The position numbers and the translations under genes were made by a program. Source: a bacterium (lineage in GTDB: Bacteria; Fibrobacterota; Chitinivibrionia; Chitinivibrionales; Chitinivibrionaceae). From it: 20,000 bases of DNA. The notes under the pieces are model-generated. The model saw nothing but the letters and a program-made list of their open reading frames with translations. It did no database searches and had not been told where the DNA came from. The stretch covers positions 1 through 20,000 of the forward strand of contig JAIFMU010000119.1 in the NCBI GenBank assembly GCA_020048285.1. The letters are read 5' to 3'. Below are positions 8,901 through 16,997 of the stretch, piece by piece. Position 1 is the stretch's first letter, and each line of letters begins with the position of its first letter.

Positions 8901-11182
8901 AGTTTTTTCGTTTCAAAGGCACTGAACAACTCTTCTCGTTTTTCTGCAAGTTGAGGAATAAACTGATCGAAATCGGCAAACTTGCCTTCCAACTCTTCAA
9001 CCTGAACCATCAGTTTGGTCAGATATTCATCGCATTTTTCTGGCGTGTCAGCCACATCGAGATAGTTGATCACCGCTTGATTAAGCAGTTTCAGTTGTGA
9101 ATTAAACTCCGCAGTGCCTTCAAATGAAGAGAGTTCCGTGATTCGATTCTGAAGTTTTGCCTTTACCGCATTGAGCGATGAAAAAATCACCGAAATGGTG
9201 TCAATAATCGCCGTGGTCTGTGTGGGATCATCAATTTTCAGATTTGACACAATCTCAATAAGCAGTTCGAGATCACGCCCGGTCTTGCGAATCTCCTCTT
9301 CCAACGATTTGCCTTCGGCGGTCTTTTCGATTGAAGGAACGCGACTGCTCTGTGCTTCAACGCGAACTCTATACGGATCAAGTCCTTCAGGTTTGAGAAG
9401 ATATTCGATACACCCTTGTGAAAGTTCGTCAGATTTTGTGCGAACGTCAGTTTCCAGTGTTTCGATCAGCGGAAGATTTGTATAGCGCAACTCTTTGAGT
9501 GAAATGATCTCCCCGCGAAGAACTCGCAGTTCAGAAAGAGCCGTCACATAGAGATCCACGGAGTCAAACGTGGTACTGCGAATTTTCCGCATTCCGATTT
9601 CAACTTTTTCTGAAACCCGCGCAATTTCCTCTTCAGTAGATTTGCGGATTCGCACCACTTTTTCAAACTCGTCAATGGCAGTAATGGCGGCTTGACGAAT
9701 CTCAATAAGTACCGATTTCAGATCCGATGCGTCCTCTTTTTCAATCCAGAAATAGGTGTCGATAATTTCGGTACACTGTTTATTAATATCGACATAGAGA
9801 TTAGCGTAGCTATCTTCTTTGCGGATCAGGTTGATCACATTTTGGCACTCCGCCATGGTCTGAACAACCTGCTTGTTCCCCACTTTCACCAAGAATGAAT
9901 CACTAGTCACTTCAGCTTGGAAATCGGCGCTGGTAAAGGGCGTCTGCCAGATTTGCAGTTGGTGATTTTTCTTTGGCTCTTCGTCAGCGCGGAAGAGGAT
10001 CAGTTCACCGTTTTCGAAATGGGTGTAACCGTTGACAACAATTGGTGCTTCAATAGTTTGATTAATAAGATTATAGGTGAGTATTGCGTAGATTCCCGAT
10101 TCGCGATTAAAAAAGATATACTGAAAATCTTCGCCATTGGGTGAGACTTTTTTCTGAACAAACAGCATATCTTTCAGGCCCGTGTCGAACGTTTTGTATT
10201 CGCCAGACTGAAGATAATAGCCATTTGAAAAGACCAATCCCTGTTGATCGGGAAGAATTATACAGGCATCGGCTATCGCATCGATACGCGTGACACTCTG
10301 AATTTTTTCATTGAACACGAGATAACGGAATGTTTTTTCTTGGTATGGCTTGATTTTTATGAGAATGATATTGCCAATTATAGCGTAGTAAATCTCCGCA
10401 TCATCAAGTTTTTGATCTTTGCTCTCCACGTCTTCTGAGTAAATTCCGCGACCTGATTTTGTGTTGTTTTCAACTTTGATTGTGAGATCACCGCCCACGG
10501 TTTCCACAAACACTCGATCGTTGATCGAGATGTGAGGAAATTCGCCGTCACAGTGCATATCACGCGTCGTGCGTTTCCATTCAAATTCAAACTGAAGCGG
10601 AAACTGGTATTCATGATCACTGCGATTGTCCATATAGGTGAGTGCATTATCTTGAATCAACCACTTGAATGTCTTTATATCTGTGACACTATTGCCCGTT
10701 CTGAAAACCATAAATAAGTGGGGACCAATGATCGAAAACCGTGTAAAGAATGTGCTTTTGTAGTATTTATAGAGATCTTCGAAATCTTTAAGAAAGGTTT
10801 CGTTGTTGATCAGTGCCAGTGTTGTTTCGGTGAATTTTCGGTTTTGATACTCAAAGATCGCGAATACATCGGCCAGTTCGATCTTCGATTTCATTCCCAT
10901 CATCACGTTGAACCCGAAAATCGATTTGTTGCCAATCTGAACGAGATCGCGCGGTGTGCAATTGTTGACGGTCATGATTCGTTCATTGCTAACAATAGAC
11001 ATTTCTATCGATCCGAAAATCTCCTTTCGCGTGCAGTTGAGTCTCTCGAGTCGAGTCTGCAGTTCCGCACTGTGCGTTTTCAGTCGCCCGCGAATCACTT
11101 CGTATGTACCACTTTCCATTGTAGGAACTTCGTGAATTGTCAGTTCTTGGTCAGCCACAGAATCTCCTTGAATGATTGCCAT
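5963..11182 (-). CDS. Giant (1739 aa) multidomain protein. It has an N-terminal beta-rich domain of about 480 aa, a long coiled-coil/alpha region, and a single MoxR/AAA_5 (dynein-related)-type AAA+ ATPase module near residues 1250-1420, followed by a C-terminal alpha-helical tail of about 320 aa.
   Basis: One uninterrupted 5.2-kb ORF. The Walker A motif LLLISPPGYGKTT is encoded at about 7317-7340. The Walker B and arginine-finger region VMIYVDDIQHCNPEFLQKFISLCDGQRRIEG parallels the MoxR pattern DEINRA..Q.ALLEAM.E..V. A sensor-1-like motif VAVVMAGNPY parallels AxxNP of AAA_5. Heptad-rich segments lie between residues about 480 and 1000. It is last in the operon with the NfeD-like and flotillin genes. 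The family assignment is by motif only. Confidence 0.6.
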   Translation of the reverse strand: MAIIQGDSVADQELTIHEVPTMESGTYEVIRGRLKTHSAELQTRLERLNCTRKEIFGSIEMSIVSNERIMTVNNCTPRDLVQIGNKSIFGFNVMMGMKSKIELADVFAIFEYQNRKFTETTLALINNETFLKDFEDLYKYYKSTFFTRFSIIGPHLFMVFRTGNSVTDIKTFKWLIQDNALTYMDNRSDHEYQFPLQFEFEWKRTTRDMHCDGEFPHISINDRVFVETVGGDLTIKVENNTKSGRGIYSEDVESKDQKLDDAEIYYAIIGNIILIKIKPYQEKTFRYLVFNEKIQSVTRIDAIADACIILPDQQGLVFSNGYYLQSGEYKTFDTGLKDMLFVQKKVSPNGEDFQYIFFNRESGIYAILTYNLINQTIEAPIVVNGYTHFENGELILFRADEEPKKNHQLQIWQTPFTSADFQAEVTSDSFLVKVGNKQVVQTMAECQNVINLIRKEDSYANLYVDINKQCTEIIDTYFWIEKEDASDLKSVLIEIRQAAITAIDEFEKVVRIRKSTEEEIARVSEKVEIGMRKIRSTTFDSVDLYVTALSELRVLRGEIISLKELRYTNLPLIETLETDVRTKSDELSQGCIEYLLKPEGLDPYRVRVEAQSSRVPSIEKTAEGKSLEEEIRKTGRDLELLIEIVSNLKIDDPTQTTAIIDTISVIFSSLNAVKAKLQNRITELSSFEGTAEFNSQLKLLNQAVINYLDVADTPEKCDEYLTKLMVQVEELEGKFADFDQFIPQLAEKREELFSAFETKKLSLVEKRNKRAGAIMQASERIIAGIKNRLKNFTTINEINGYFATDLMIEKVRDNVEELNKLGDSVKADDLQSQIKSSKEEAVRQLKDKQELFEEGTNVVKFGKHKFSVNAQELDLTMVQRDDGHWFLLTGTDFKQKVESPALDSLKAVWKQEMPSENDQIYRSEYLAFTILESAEKSGELSELANLTGEELADYVQKFMSTRLQEGYIKGIHDGDTAKILTELIKLHTSLDLLTFPATARTAAQLFWDFGISDADKKLFAARLRGVHKVSQLFSTKKTILSYAQQIKPALAAFLAEFGHFESATSLEAAHYLCREQMRGETFVISSEASELYKGFSEVLKQKRGESVFKESLAELETSISAKFGLILEWLEAYTAESNIVDRAEFIPETAQLLLADSYNIRNVIEVPTKISVTGLIGNHTVVSGGNYAISYTGFMEKLSAFSAVTVTLWYTYQETKKAVVDAFRKELRLEEFRPRVLTSFVRNRLINEVYLPLIGDNFAKQIGTVGENKRTDLMGMLLLISPPGYGKTTIMEYIASRLGLIFMKINGPALGHEVTSLDPTSAPNAGAREEVKKLNLALEMGNNVMIYVDDIQHCNPEFLQKFISLCDGQRRIEGVYNGISRTYDLRGKKVAVVMAGNPYTESGEKFQIPDMLANRADTYNLGDMLSANESAFKLSYLENALTSNPIMNSLMTRSQKDVYTLIDSAVDGRTDGIDLEGNYSPIEVQEYLTVLKKMLKVRDVVLSVNMQYIYSAAQADEFRTEPSFKLQGSYRNMNKIAEKVLPVMNDAELDLLIQQSYENDSQTLTSGAEANLLKWKEIVGKLAGDDLIRWNAIKDTYGKNKLLQEDDMVGQMVLQMAGFGDSLKGIRELIATINAAKSGDDLSKISFTDDTIKQITALLKASSPVAVQGNATSDASISALVESHNREVQASVAPVLKAMTEQQDKLKKLQKAVFVSLSALKQLMSEADKIALEQKLSEV

Positions 11183-11262
11183 GATTTTATGTGTTGTAAT
11201 GGAATTATAGGTTAGATATCAATCTCAACTTTGTCCGGCTATGGCGAACTGAGTTGCAACAG

Positions 11263-11299
11263 ATAGAGTGAGGTTGCCCAAACGACAACCTCACTCTAT
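11263..11299 (-). other. Strong stem-loop, 14-bp perfect stem ATAGAGTGAGGTTG / CAACCTCACTCTAT with a 9-nt loop, placed between the flotillin stop and the giant ATPase start. No U-tract follows on the transcribed strand.
   Basis: Perfect 14-bp inverted repeat read directly. It begins 5 nt after the flotillin stop codon on the - strand and lies about 80 nt before the ATG at 11182. This is a candidate attenuator, processing site or partial terminator that could set relative expression of the flotillin and the giant gene. Confidence 0.5.
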
Positions 11300-11303
11300 A
11301 CTA

Positions 11304-13460
11304 CTACGAGTTCAGGATCTTTGCAGGAAGGTCGCCGAAACCGGCTTTCTTTACAGAATCGAGAAGCGAATCGAGCGACTCTTTGTCACCTGTTTCAGCT
11401 CCGCGAGACATTTTTAGCAAAAGCCCGCTCAGTGTCAAGTTTTTCAGATCTTCCGAACCAATTCCGAACTGATTGATAAACTTGTTGATCTGCGCTTTGA
11501 AATAAGCCTGATCACCGGTGATAAAGGTTCTTTTCACATCGGTCAGCACTTCCGAGTTGTCCACCATGCGATCAATAGCCTTACCCTGAGTAATCGCTCC
11601 AACGATCTTGTCGAAGAACATTGTCTCCCCGCCGACGATATCGATTTTCGCTGAACGAAGTGCTTCGTTGATAACCGATGCCTGAGCTGCGGCGATATCG
11701 CGCTGAACAGCAATTTGAGCGAGATCGATCTCTTTCTCCTTGTCCAGTCTGAGTTTGAACTCTTCGTGTTCTCTGCCCACGCCGTCGAGAAGTTTCATCG
11801 CATTAGCTTTTTCTTCAATACCAACAGCTTCAGCGGTGAACTTTTTCGACATAACTGCCGCTTCCGCTTCGCCCTCTTTCTGTTTTGCGATAGCATTTGC
11901 TTCGCGTCCTTTCGCTTCCGATTCTGCGGTTGCCTGAAGAACACCAGCTTTTGCCGATCCCTCTTTTTCAAGAGCTGCCGCTTTGATCTCGATACCCTTT
12001 GCTTCCGCGTTGGCTGTAGCTTCGAGGACTCGCGCTTTCGCAATTCCCTCTTTTTCGTACGCAATTGCTTTGGATTCAATAACGCGCGCTTCAGACAATC
12101 CTACAACCGCTTCCTCTTCAGATTTCGCAGCAGCCATGATTTTAACTGCTTCAGCCTGTTTTTCCGCCGCTTTGAGATTTGCATCCGCTTCGATTACGTG
12201 TTGTTCGGACAAGAGAACCGCAGAAATCTTCGCCGACTCCGCCGCTTTCGTTTCGCGAATCAGCGACTCTTCGGCAAGGCGCTGAGCGTCAGTAACGGCC
12301 ACTTTTTTCGCACGATCAGCCCCGGCAAATGCTTCAGTGTCCTTGATTCGCTCTTGTTCGACCACTACCTCTTTTTCCACCATCACACGAGCGCGAATAA
12401 CATCCTGAATATTCTTGCGCTGCTCTTCAACGGCTTTCTCTTTTTCAATTTGAGCGAGCTGAACGATTTTCTCTTTTTCTGTTTGTTCGAGAAGGCGCTC
12501 TTTGTCGACCCGTTCTGTTTCAATCGCTTCGGTGCGCTCTTTCGCTTTCTGAGCTACAATGATCTGACGGTTCTTGTTCTCTTCCTGAACAGCAATCTCT
12601 TCATCTGTGGTGATTCTCGCTTTTTCTGATTTCAGACGCTCTTCCTGAGCGATCTTTTCAGCTTCTGCTTCTTCTCGTGAAGTGATCGATGCAATTTCGC
12701 GTTTCTGTTTCTCTTCTGCTTCGCGTTGTTGTTTTTCAAGAAGAAGAATTGCTTCGCGAGCTTTCACGTCTTGCTGTTTGATTGTTTTCTCTTTTTCGCG
12801 CATTATTTCATTGGCGCGAATTGCCTGTGTAGCGGTGCGATCGTGAATTTTTTTGATACCTTCAGCATCGAGAATATTATCAGCGTTAAGTGCATTTACA
12901 TCAGTCTGCTCGAGATAGTCAATCGCACAATCCTCGAGAACATACCCGTTGAGATCTTTGCCAATAATCTGGATAATCTCTTTTTTGAATTCGAGTCGAT
13001 CGGTGTAGAGCTGTTCAAAATCGAACTTCTTACCTACGGTTTTGAGTGCTTCCGAGAACTTCGCATCAAAAAAATCTTTCAATCCTGCTTCAGATGAAGC
13101 CTTTACAGTCCCTAATGATTTTGCGACAAGAAGAACATCTGCGTGATTATCTTGATTCACTTTTACAAAAAATGCCACTTTAATATCTGCGCGCATGTTG
13201 TCTTTACAGATCAATCCATCTTTTCCGGTGCGCTCAATTTCGACCCGTTTCACAGAAATGTCCATCAGTTCTGCTTTGTGAATCACCGGAAGGACAATCA
13301 TACCACTTAAGGAAACTTTTGATCCGCCGAGGCCGTTGCGAATGATCGCTTCACCCTGAATCACTTTTCTAAAACTGCGGATAATGAGAATCGCCGTTCC
13401 CACAACAAAAAATACACCTAATCCGATCAGCGTCATGGTAACCGTTGATAATTCTGGCAT
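11304..13460 (-). CDS. Flotillin-family SPFH/band-7 protein (YqiK/FloT-like) with an N-terminal membrane anchor and a long Glu/Ala/Lys-rich coiled-coil tail.
   Basis: The N-terminus has a transmembrane segment followed by IIRSFRKVIQGEAIIRNGLGGSKVSLSGMIVLPVIHKAELMDISVKRVEIER, a typical YqiK/flotillin SPFH start. It is followed by EA-repeat coiled coil. The start codon lies 3 nt after the upstream NfeD-like stop, suggesting translational coupling. Confidence 0.75.
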   Translation of the reverse strand: MPELSTVTMTLIGLGVFFVVGTAILIIRSFRKVIQGEAIIRNGLGGSKVSLSGMIVLPVIHKAELMDISVKRVEIERTGKDGLICKDNMRADIKVAFFVKVNQDNHADVLLVAKSLGTVKASSEAGLKDFFDAKFSEALKTVGKKFDFEQLYTDRLEFKKEIIQIIGKDLNGYVLEDCAIDYLEQTDVNALNADNILDAEGIKKIHDRTATQAIRANEIMREKEKTIKQQDVKAREAILLLEKQQREAEEKQKREIASITSREEAEAEKIAQEERLKSEKARITTDEEIAVQEENKNRQIIVAQKAKERTEAIETERVDKERLLEQTEKEKIVQLAQIEKEKAVEEQRKNIQDVIRARVMVEKEVVVEQERIKDTEAFAGADRAKKVAVTDAQRLAEESLIRETKAAESAKISAVLLSEQHVIEADANLKAAEKQAEAVKIMAAAKSEEEAVVGLSEARVIESKAIAYEKEGIAKARVLEATANAEAKGIEIKAAALEKEGSAKAGVLQATAESEAKGREANAIAKQKEGEAEAAVMSKKFTAEAVGIEEKANAMKLLDGVGREHEEFKLRLDKEKEIDLAQIAVQRDIAAAQASVINEALRSAKIDIVGGETMFFDKIVGAITQGKAIDRMVDNSEVLTDVKRTFITGDQAYFKAQINKFINQFGIGSEDLKNLTLSGLLLKMSRGAETGDKESLDSLLDSVKKAGFGDLPAKILNS

Positions 13461-13463
13461 AAA

Positions 13464-14111
13464 CTACTCCAACTCTCCTCGAAAGGGTTCAATACTGTAG
13501 ACATTCTCTTCTTCACTTTTAGATACAATTTTAACTGAAGCTCCGGCGGGAAGTTTCATTCCCGTTTTCCCCTGACAATTGACAAGAAACGAACCATTGT
13601 CAATAACTACTTGCCCCATTTCTCCATCATTGAGATCAAACCGAAGTGTTCCCACTGATCCGATAATCTCTTTGGACAACTCAGCTTTTCCGTTGATCCC
13701 GAGAAATAGTTTTTTCAGTGGAATAGTGATTATGCGTGTAATCAATGCCGCTAGGACAAAGGATGGAATCATACCTATAATATTCGGGATTCCTCCCCAA
13801 GAGTTTGTAGCAAGTGAAATTAGAATTGTATACAACCAAAACAGAGTGAACAGAATGGTCAAATAAATTGATACAGGAATATCGCCGATTTTTAGAAATA
13901 GAAGTAGATCAGTGCCAAATCCGTCGGATTCGAGATCGACGTCAATGTCTAATCCTTCGACCTGAAAGAGTCCCAGAATAACGGTAATCCAATAGATCAC
14001 CACAAGAATGAGGAAAAAAGTGGGAATAGCATTTGCGCCGGCAATGGAAAGTTTCAGCAGAGAGAGAAATTCAGTCAAGTGAACCTCAGCAGAGTTGAAT
14101 GTACAGACCAA
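13464..14111 (-). CDS. NfeD-like/YqiJ-like inner-membrane protein that partners SPFH proteins.
   Basis: It has several hydrophobic helices followed by a C-terminal soluble beta-domain (GEMGQVVIDNGSFLVNCQGKTGMKLPAGASVKIVSKSEEENVYSIEP) of OB-fold NfeD type. Its position directly upstream of the flotillin gene mirrors the yqiJ-yqiK and yuaF-floT arrangements. Confidence 0.6.
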   Translation of the reverse strand: MVCTFNSAEVHLTEFLSLLKLSIAGANAIPTFFLILVVIYWITVILGLFQVEGLDIDVDLESDGFGTDLLLFLKIGDIPVSIYLTILFTLFWLYTILISLATNSWGGIPNIIGMIPSFVLAALITRIITIPLKKLFLGINGKAELSKEIIGSVGTLRFDLNDGEMGQVVIDNGSFLVNCQGKTGMKLPAGASVKIVSKSEEENVYSIEPFRGELE

Positions 14112-14256
14112 CAGAGAGACAATTGATTACAAGTATATTTTACTAACTGATATAGTGCAATAAGTTTCTCTTAACAGTAATCTTCCAAACCAATATCGCC
14201 CAATATGTACAAGCGGATACTATTTTCATCTTCTCTTATCGAAACAGGGAGACTCC

Positions 14257-14886
14257 GTGAAAACGATCGCCGTATGTATTTCTCTTTTTCTTGGTGCTAC
14301 CACTACACTTCTACTCTCAACTGTAGGTGAATTGACCTTCGCAATCTCGGGACTGATAGGATTACTCACTACCGGTGTAGCCTTTATCGCAATCCCTTCG
14401 CCGAGTAAACCAGATTCACCCAAGACAACTCGAGCAGCTAATCAATCCGCAATTCCACAGATTGTTCATACTGCAGAAAAAGATATTGCACAGCTCGAAC
14501 TCATTCTGTCCCAGCTCATAGAATCACCAAGCAGATCGAGGCTCCTATCGATTATCCAAGTGGCAAAGCAGTTACAGCAGGCACCGTTGCAAGATCCACG
14601 TACCAACATTGATCTACACAGTTTTTTTAACCACTATCTTCCCGCCACCGCTGCGATTTGTACACATTATATAGAACTGACTCAACACCCTTTTCAAACT
14701 GAAGAAGTAGCGGAAACTCTCGCCAAAACAGAACAAGCACTTGAACAGATAGAGGTGGCCTTTAAAAAACAACGATCGAATCTTCTGGCTCATGATTTAC
14801 TCGATCTCAATGTTGAACTCACGGTGATAGAATCGTCGCTTCGCCTTGAAGGATTGGTTGAAAAAGCAGACTCACGCAGAGGATAA
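14257..14886 (+). CDS. XpaC-like membrane protein (5-bromo-4-chloroindolyl phosphate hydrolysis protein family) with a GTG start.
   Basis: It has two N-terminal TM helices followed by a helical domain. It lies immediately upstream (3-nt gap) of a TelA-like gene, the same pairing as Bacillus xpaC-yaaN. The family call is from memory. Confidence 0.5.
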   Translation: MKTIAVCISLFLGATTTLLLSTVGELTFAISGLIGLLTTGVAFIAIPSPSKPDSPKTTRAANQSAIPQIVHTAEKDIAQLELILSQLIESPSRSRLLSIIQVAKQLQQAPLQDPRTNIDLHSFFNHYLPATAAICTHYIELTQHPFQTEEVAETLAKTEQALEQIEVAFKKQRSNLLAHDLLDLNVELTVIESSLRLEGLVEKADSRRG

Positions 14887-14889
14887 TCG

Positions 14890-15963
14890 ATGATCAAGGA
14901 ACATACACTCCCAAAAGATCACTCACCAATCGACAACTCCCTTTTTTCTGATGAACAGCAGCAACGCATTGCCGAACTTGCAGCATCCCTATCTATCGAA
15001 AACTCTCTGGAGATGGCGCAATATGGCACTTCTGCTCAGCGTGCAATCGCGCGACAGGCCAATGCAATGCTTCTCGCCATTCGTGAACGCGAAGGCAGCG
15101 AAATAGGTTCAACTCTGTCACAACTCAAACTCACAATAGAAAAGGTTGATCTCTCAAACGATGAAGGCTCCCGTTCTCGTTTATCCAAAATCCCATTTTT
15201 CGGAAATTTTTTCAATTCGACAAAGCAATACCATATCAAATTTGAAACGATAGTCACGCAGATTGACTCAATACTTACCGCTTTAGACACACATCGCGTA
15301 GCTCTTCTCAAAGATAACGAACGACTTAACTACCAATTTTCCCAGAATGAAAATGCTATTATCGATCTGACGATGTTTATCTCAGCCGGTGAAATGAGAC
15401 TCGATGAAATCAGAACAATTCACCACAAACAGCTTAATGAAGGAGCTCTAAAATCACAAGATTCTCTCATGTCACAAGAAATCGCAGACAAAGAACACCT
15501 GATGGCACGATTTGAAAAACGTCTCTTCGACCTATCGATCAGTCGGACCCTTGCCCTGCAAATAGCTCCTCAAATTCGACTTATTCAGAGTACGAACAAT
15601 AGGCTTGTCGAAAAAATAAATGGTGTGATTATCTCGACAATACCGATTTGGAAACAGCAAGTTGCCCTAGCTCTTTCACTGAGTAATTATCAAAAGGGGA
15701 TTGAACAAAAGCGAGCTTTCACGAAAGCAACAATTGATCAGTTCACCGTTCAGGCACAACTTATCAAGGAGGGAACAGCCGCAGTGAACCTGAACTCGCA
15801 GGACATGAGCATTGAAAAGGAAAAAGTGAAAATAGTTCAGGAAAATCTCATTGCCACAATCACAGAGACGATTCTCCTTCAAGAAAAATGTCTGGAAAAT
15901 CGCCAGTCGATTGAAAGAGAGTTGGTTGCCATGGAACAGGAGTTACAGGCGGCTCGGATCTGA
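14890..15963 (+). CDS. TelA-like (toxic anion resistance / KlaB / YaaN family) protein.
   Basis: 357 aa. The N-terminal region DEQQQRIAELAASLSIENSLEMAQYGTSAQRAIARQANAML and the overall helical architecture match the TelA family. It is tightly coupled to the XpaC-like gene. Confidence 0.6.
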   Translation: MIKEHTLPKDHSPIDNSLFSDEQQQRIAELAASLSIENSLEMAQYGTSAQRAIARQANAMLLAIREREGSEIGSTLSQLKLTIEKVDLSNDEGSRSRLSKIPFFGNFFNSTKQYHIKFETIVTQIDSILTALDTHRVALLKDNERLNYQFSQNENAIIDLTMFISAGEMRLDEIRTIHHKQLNEGALKSQDSLMSQEIADKEHLMARFEKRLFDLSISRTLALQIAPQIRLIQSTNNRLVEKINGVIISTIPIWKQQVALALSLSNYQKGIEQKRAFTKATIDQFTVQAQLIKEGTAAVNLNSQDMSIEKEKVKIVQENLIATITETILLQEKCLENRQSIERELVAMEQELQAARI

Positions 15964-16040
15964 TACTTTCTGTTACATCGACAAAGCGATTGCTATGTAA
16001 CGAAAGAGAATTGCGATTTGTCGATTAATCAATACCGATG

Positions 16041-16733
16041 TCAATATTCGAGGGGTGTTTTGAAAATTAGTCCCGATGCAAGCATGCTCACCGGAGCAGC
16101 TATTCCTACACCCAAATGAGCAATTCCCGTATAGCGAGCCATTTCGTGTTTTCCTTCGCTGAGCGCGTAGGACTGAACAAATCCAAGTGCAATTGTTGAA
16201 ACCATCAGCCCCGCATGAACATAAAAAGCTTTCCGATGCAGTGCCGTTTTTGATCGTTTCGATTGACTGTTACGAATATTGGGCAATGCAAGTTCGATCG
16301 ATGCGGTTGCCGTGTAGGCGATTGTTCCAAGAGCAACTAATCCTCCGTGAATAACCCGTTCTGATTGCGACTGAGAACTTTGCCACACGTTCTGTGTTCC
16401 ATTTTGTTGATTAGTTTCAGACATACCGACTTCATTGCGATAGGTATGGCCCTGATTTTTCATGGAAAGGAAATGGTATAATCCCATTCCATTTGCAGCG
16501 AGCAGAATTCCTCCTGTGGTATAGGCAAGTCTTCTATGAACTCGCATTGCATTGGTTTGTCGAACCGTGAAAAGACGATTTTCATCCGTCAAAAACTGGA
16601 CCGCTGAATCGAGCAATCGCGTTTGTTCCATGAGAGAGTCAGAAATTGGCGCCGTTGACAACGGGGTAATCGTTTGCCCCTGCAGTGGAAAGAGAATCAC
16701 AAAGAACAGAATCAGAAAAATGTAATTGCGCAT
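16041..16733 (-). CDS. Hypothetical membrane protein with a signal peptide and about four hydrophobic segments.
   Basis: The ORF track gives 16041-16865. A start at 16733 (MRNYIFLILFFVILFPLQGQT) is preferred because of the RBS aaggaaaacaatATG and the signal-peptide-like N-terminus. There is an internal approximate duplication (AYTTGGILLAANGMGLYHF / ARYTGIAHLGVGIAAPVSML). Confidence 0.5.
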   Translation of the reverse strand: MRNYIFLILFFVILFPLQGQTITPLSTAPISDSLMEQTRLLDSAVQFLTDENRLFTVRQTNAMRVHRRLAYTTGGILLAANGMGLYHFLSMKNQGHTYRNEVGMSETNQQNGTQNVWQSSQSQSERVIHGGLVALGTIAYTATASIELALPNIRNSQSKRSKTALHRKAFYVHAGLMVSTIALGFVQSYALSEGKHEMARYTGIAHLGVGIAAPVSMLASGLIFKTPLEY

Positions 16734-16997
16734 ATTGTTTTCCTTTGCATATCGCTTTGCCGCCTTTGCCACATTCACGAGATTCACCGTGAACCCGACA
16801 ATAATACCATTTGGGGATCTAAGATACGAGGTAAAAGAGAAGAAGATGCCAATCGCTAATTGCACAGAATTATCGCAAGCATAATATTCACTCTAGAATC
16901 TGAAATATCTACAACACACTAATATTATAAATCTTATATTTCTAGTATCGTCACGTTCAATCCGAATGTGACACATCAATAACAAGAAGGAGAACGT

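Noticed and set aside
11715-12629. A 304-aa plus-strand ORF (F/R/C-rich) and other antisense ORFs inside the flotillin gene.
   Set aside because: It is low-complexity, in the antisense frame of the GAA/GCT-rich coiled-coil coding region. The flotillin reading on the minus strand is far better supported.
16734-16865. An N-terminal extension of the 16041 gene to the ATG at 16865 (MQLAIG...).
   Set aside because: The extension would bury the signal-peptide-like segment 44 residues in. The internal ATG at 16733 has a good RBS.
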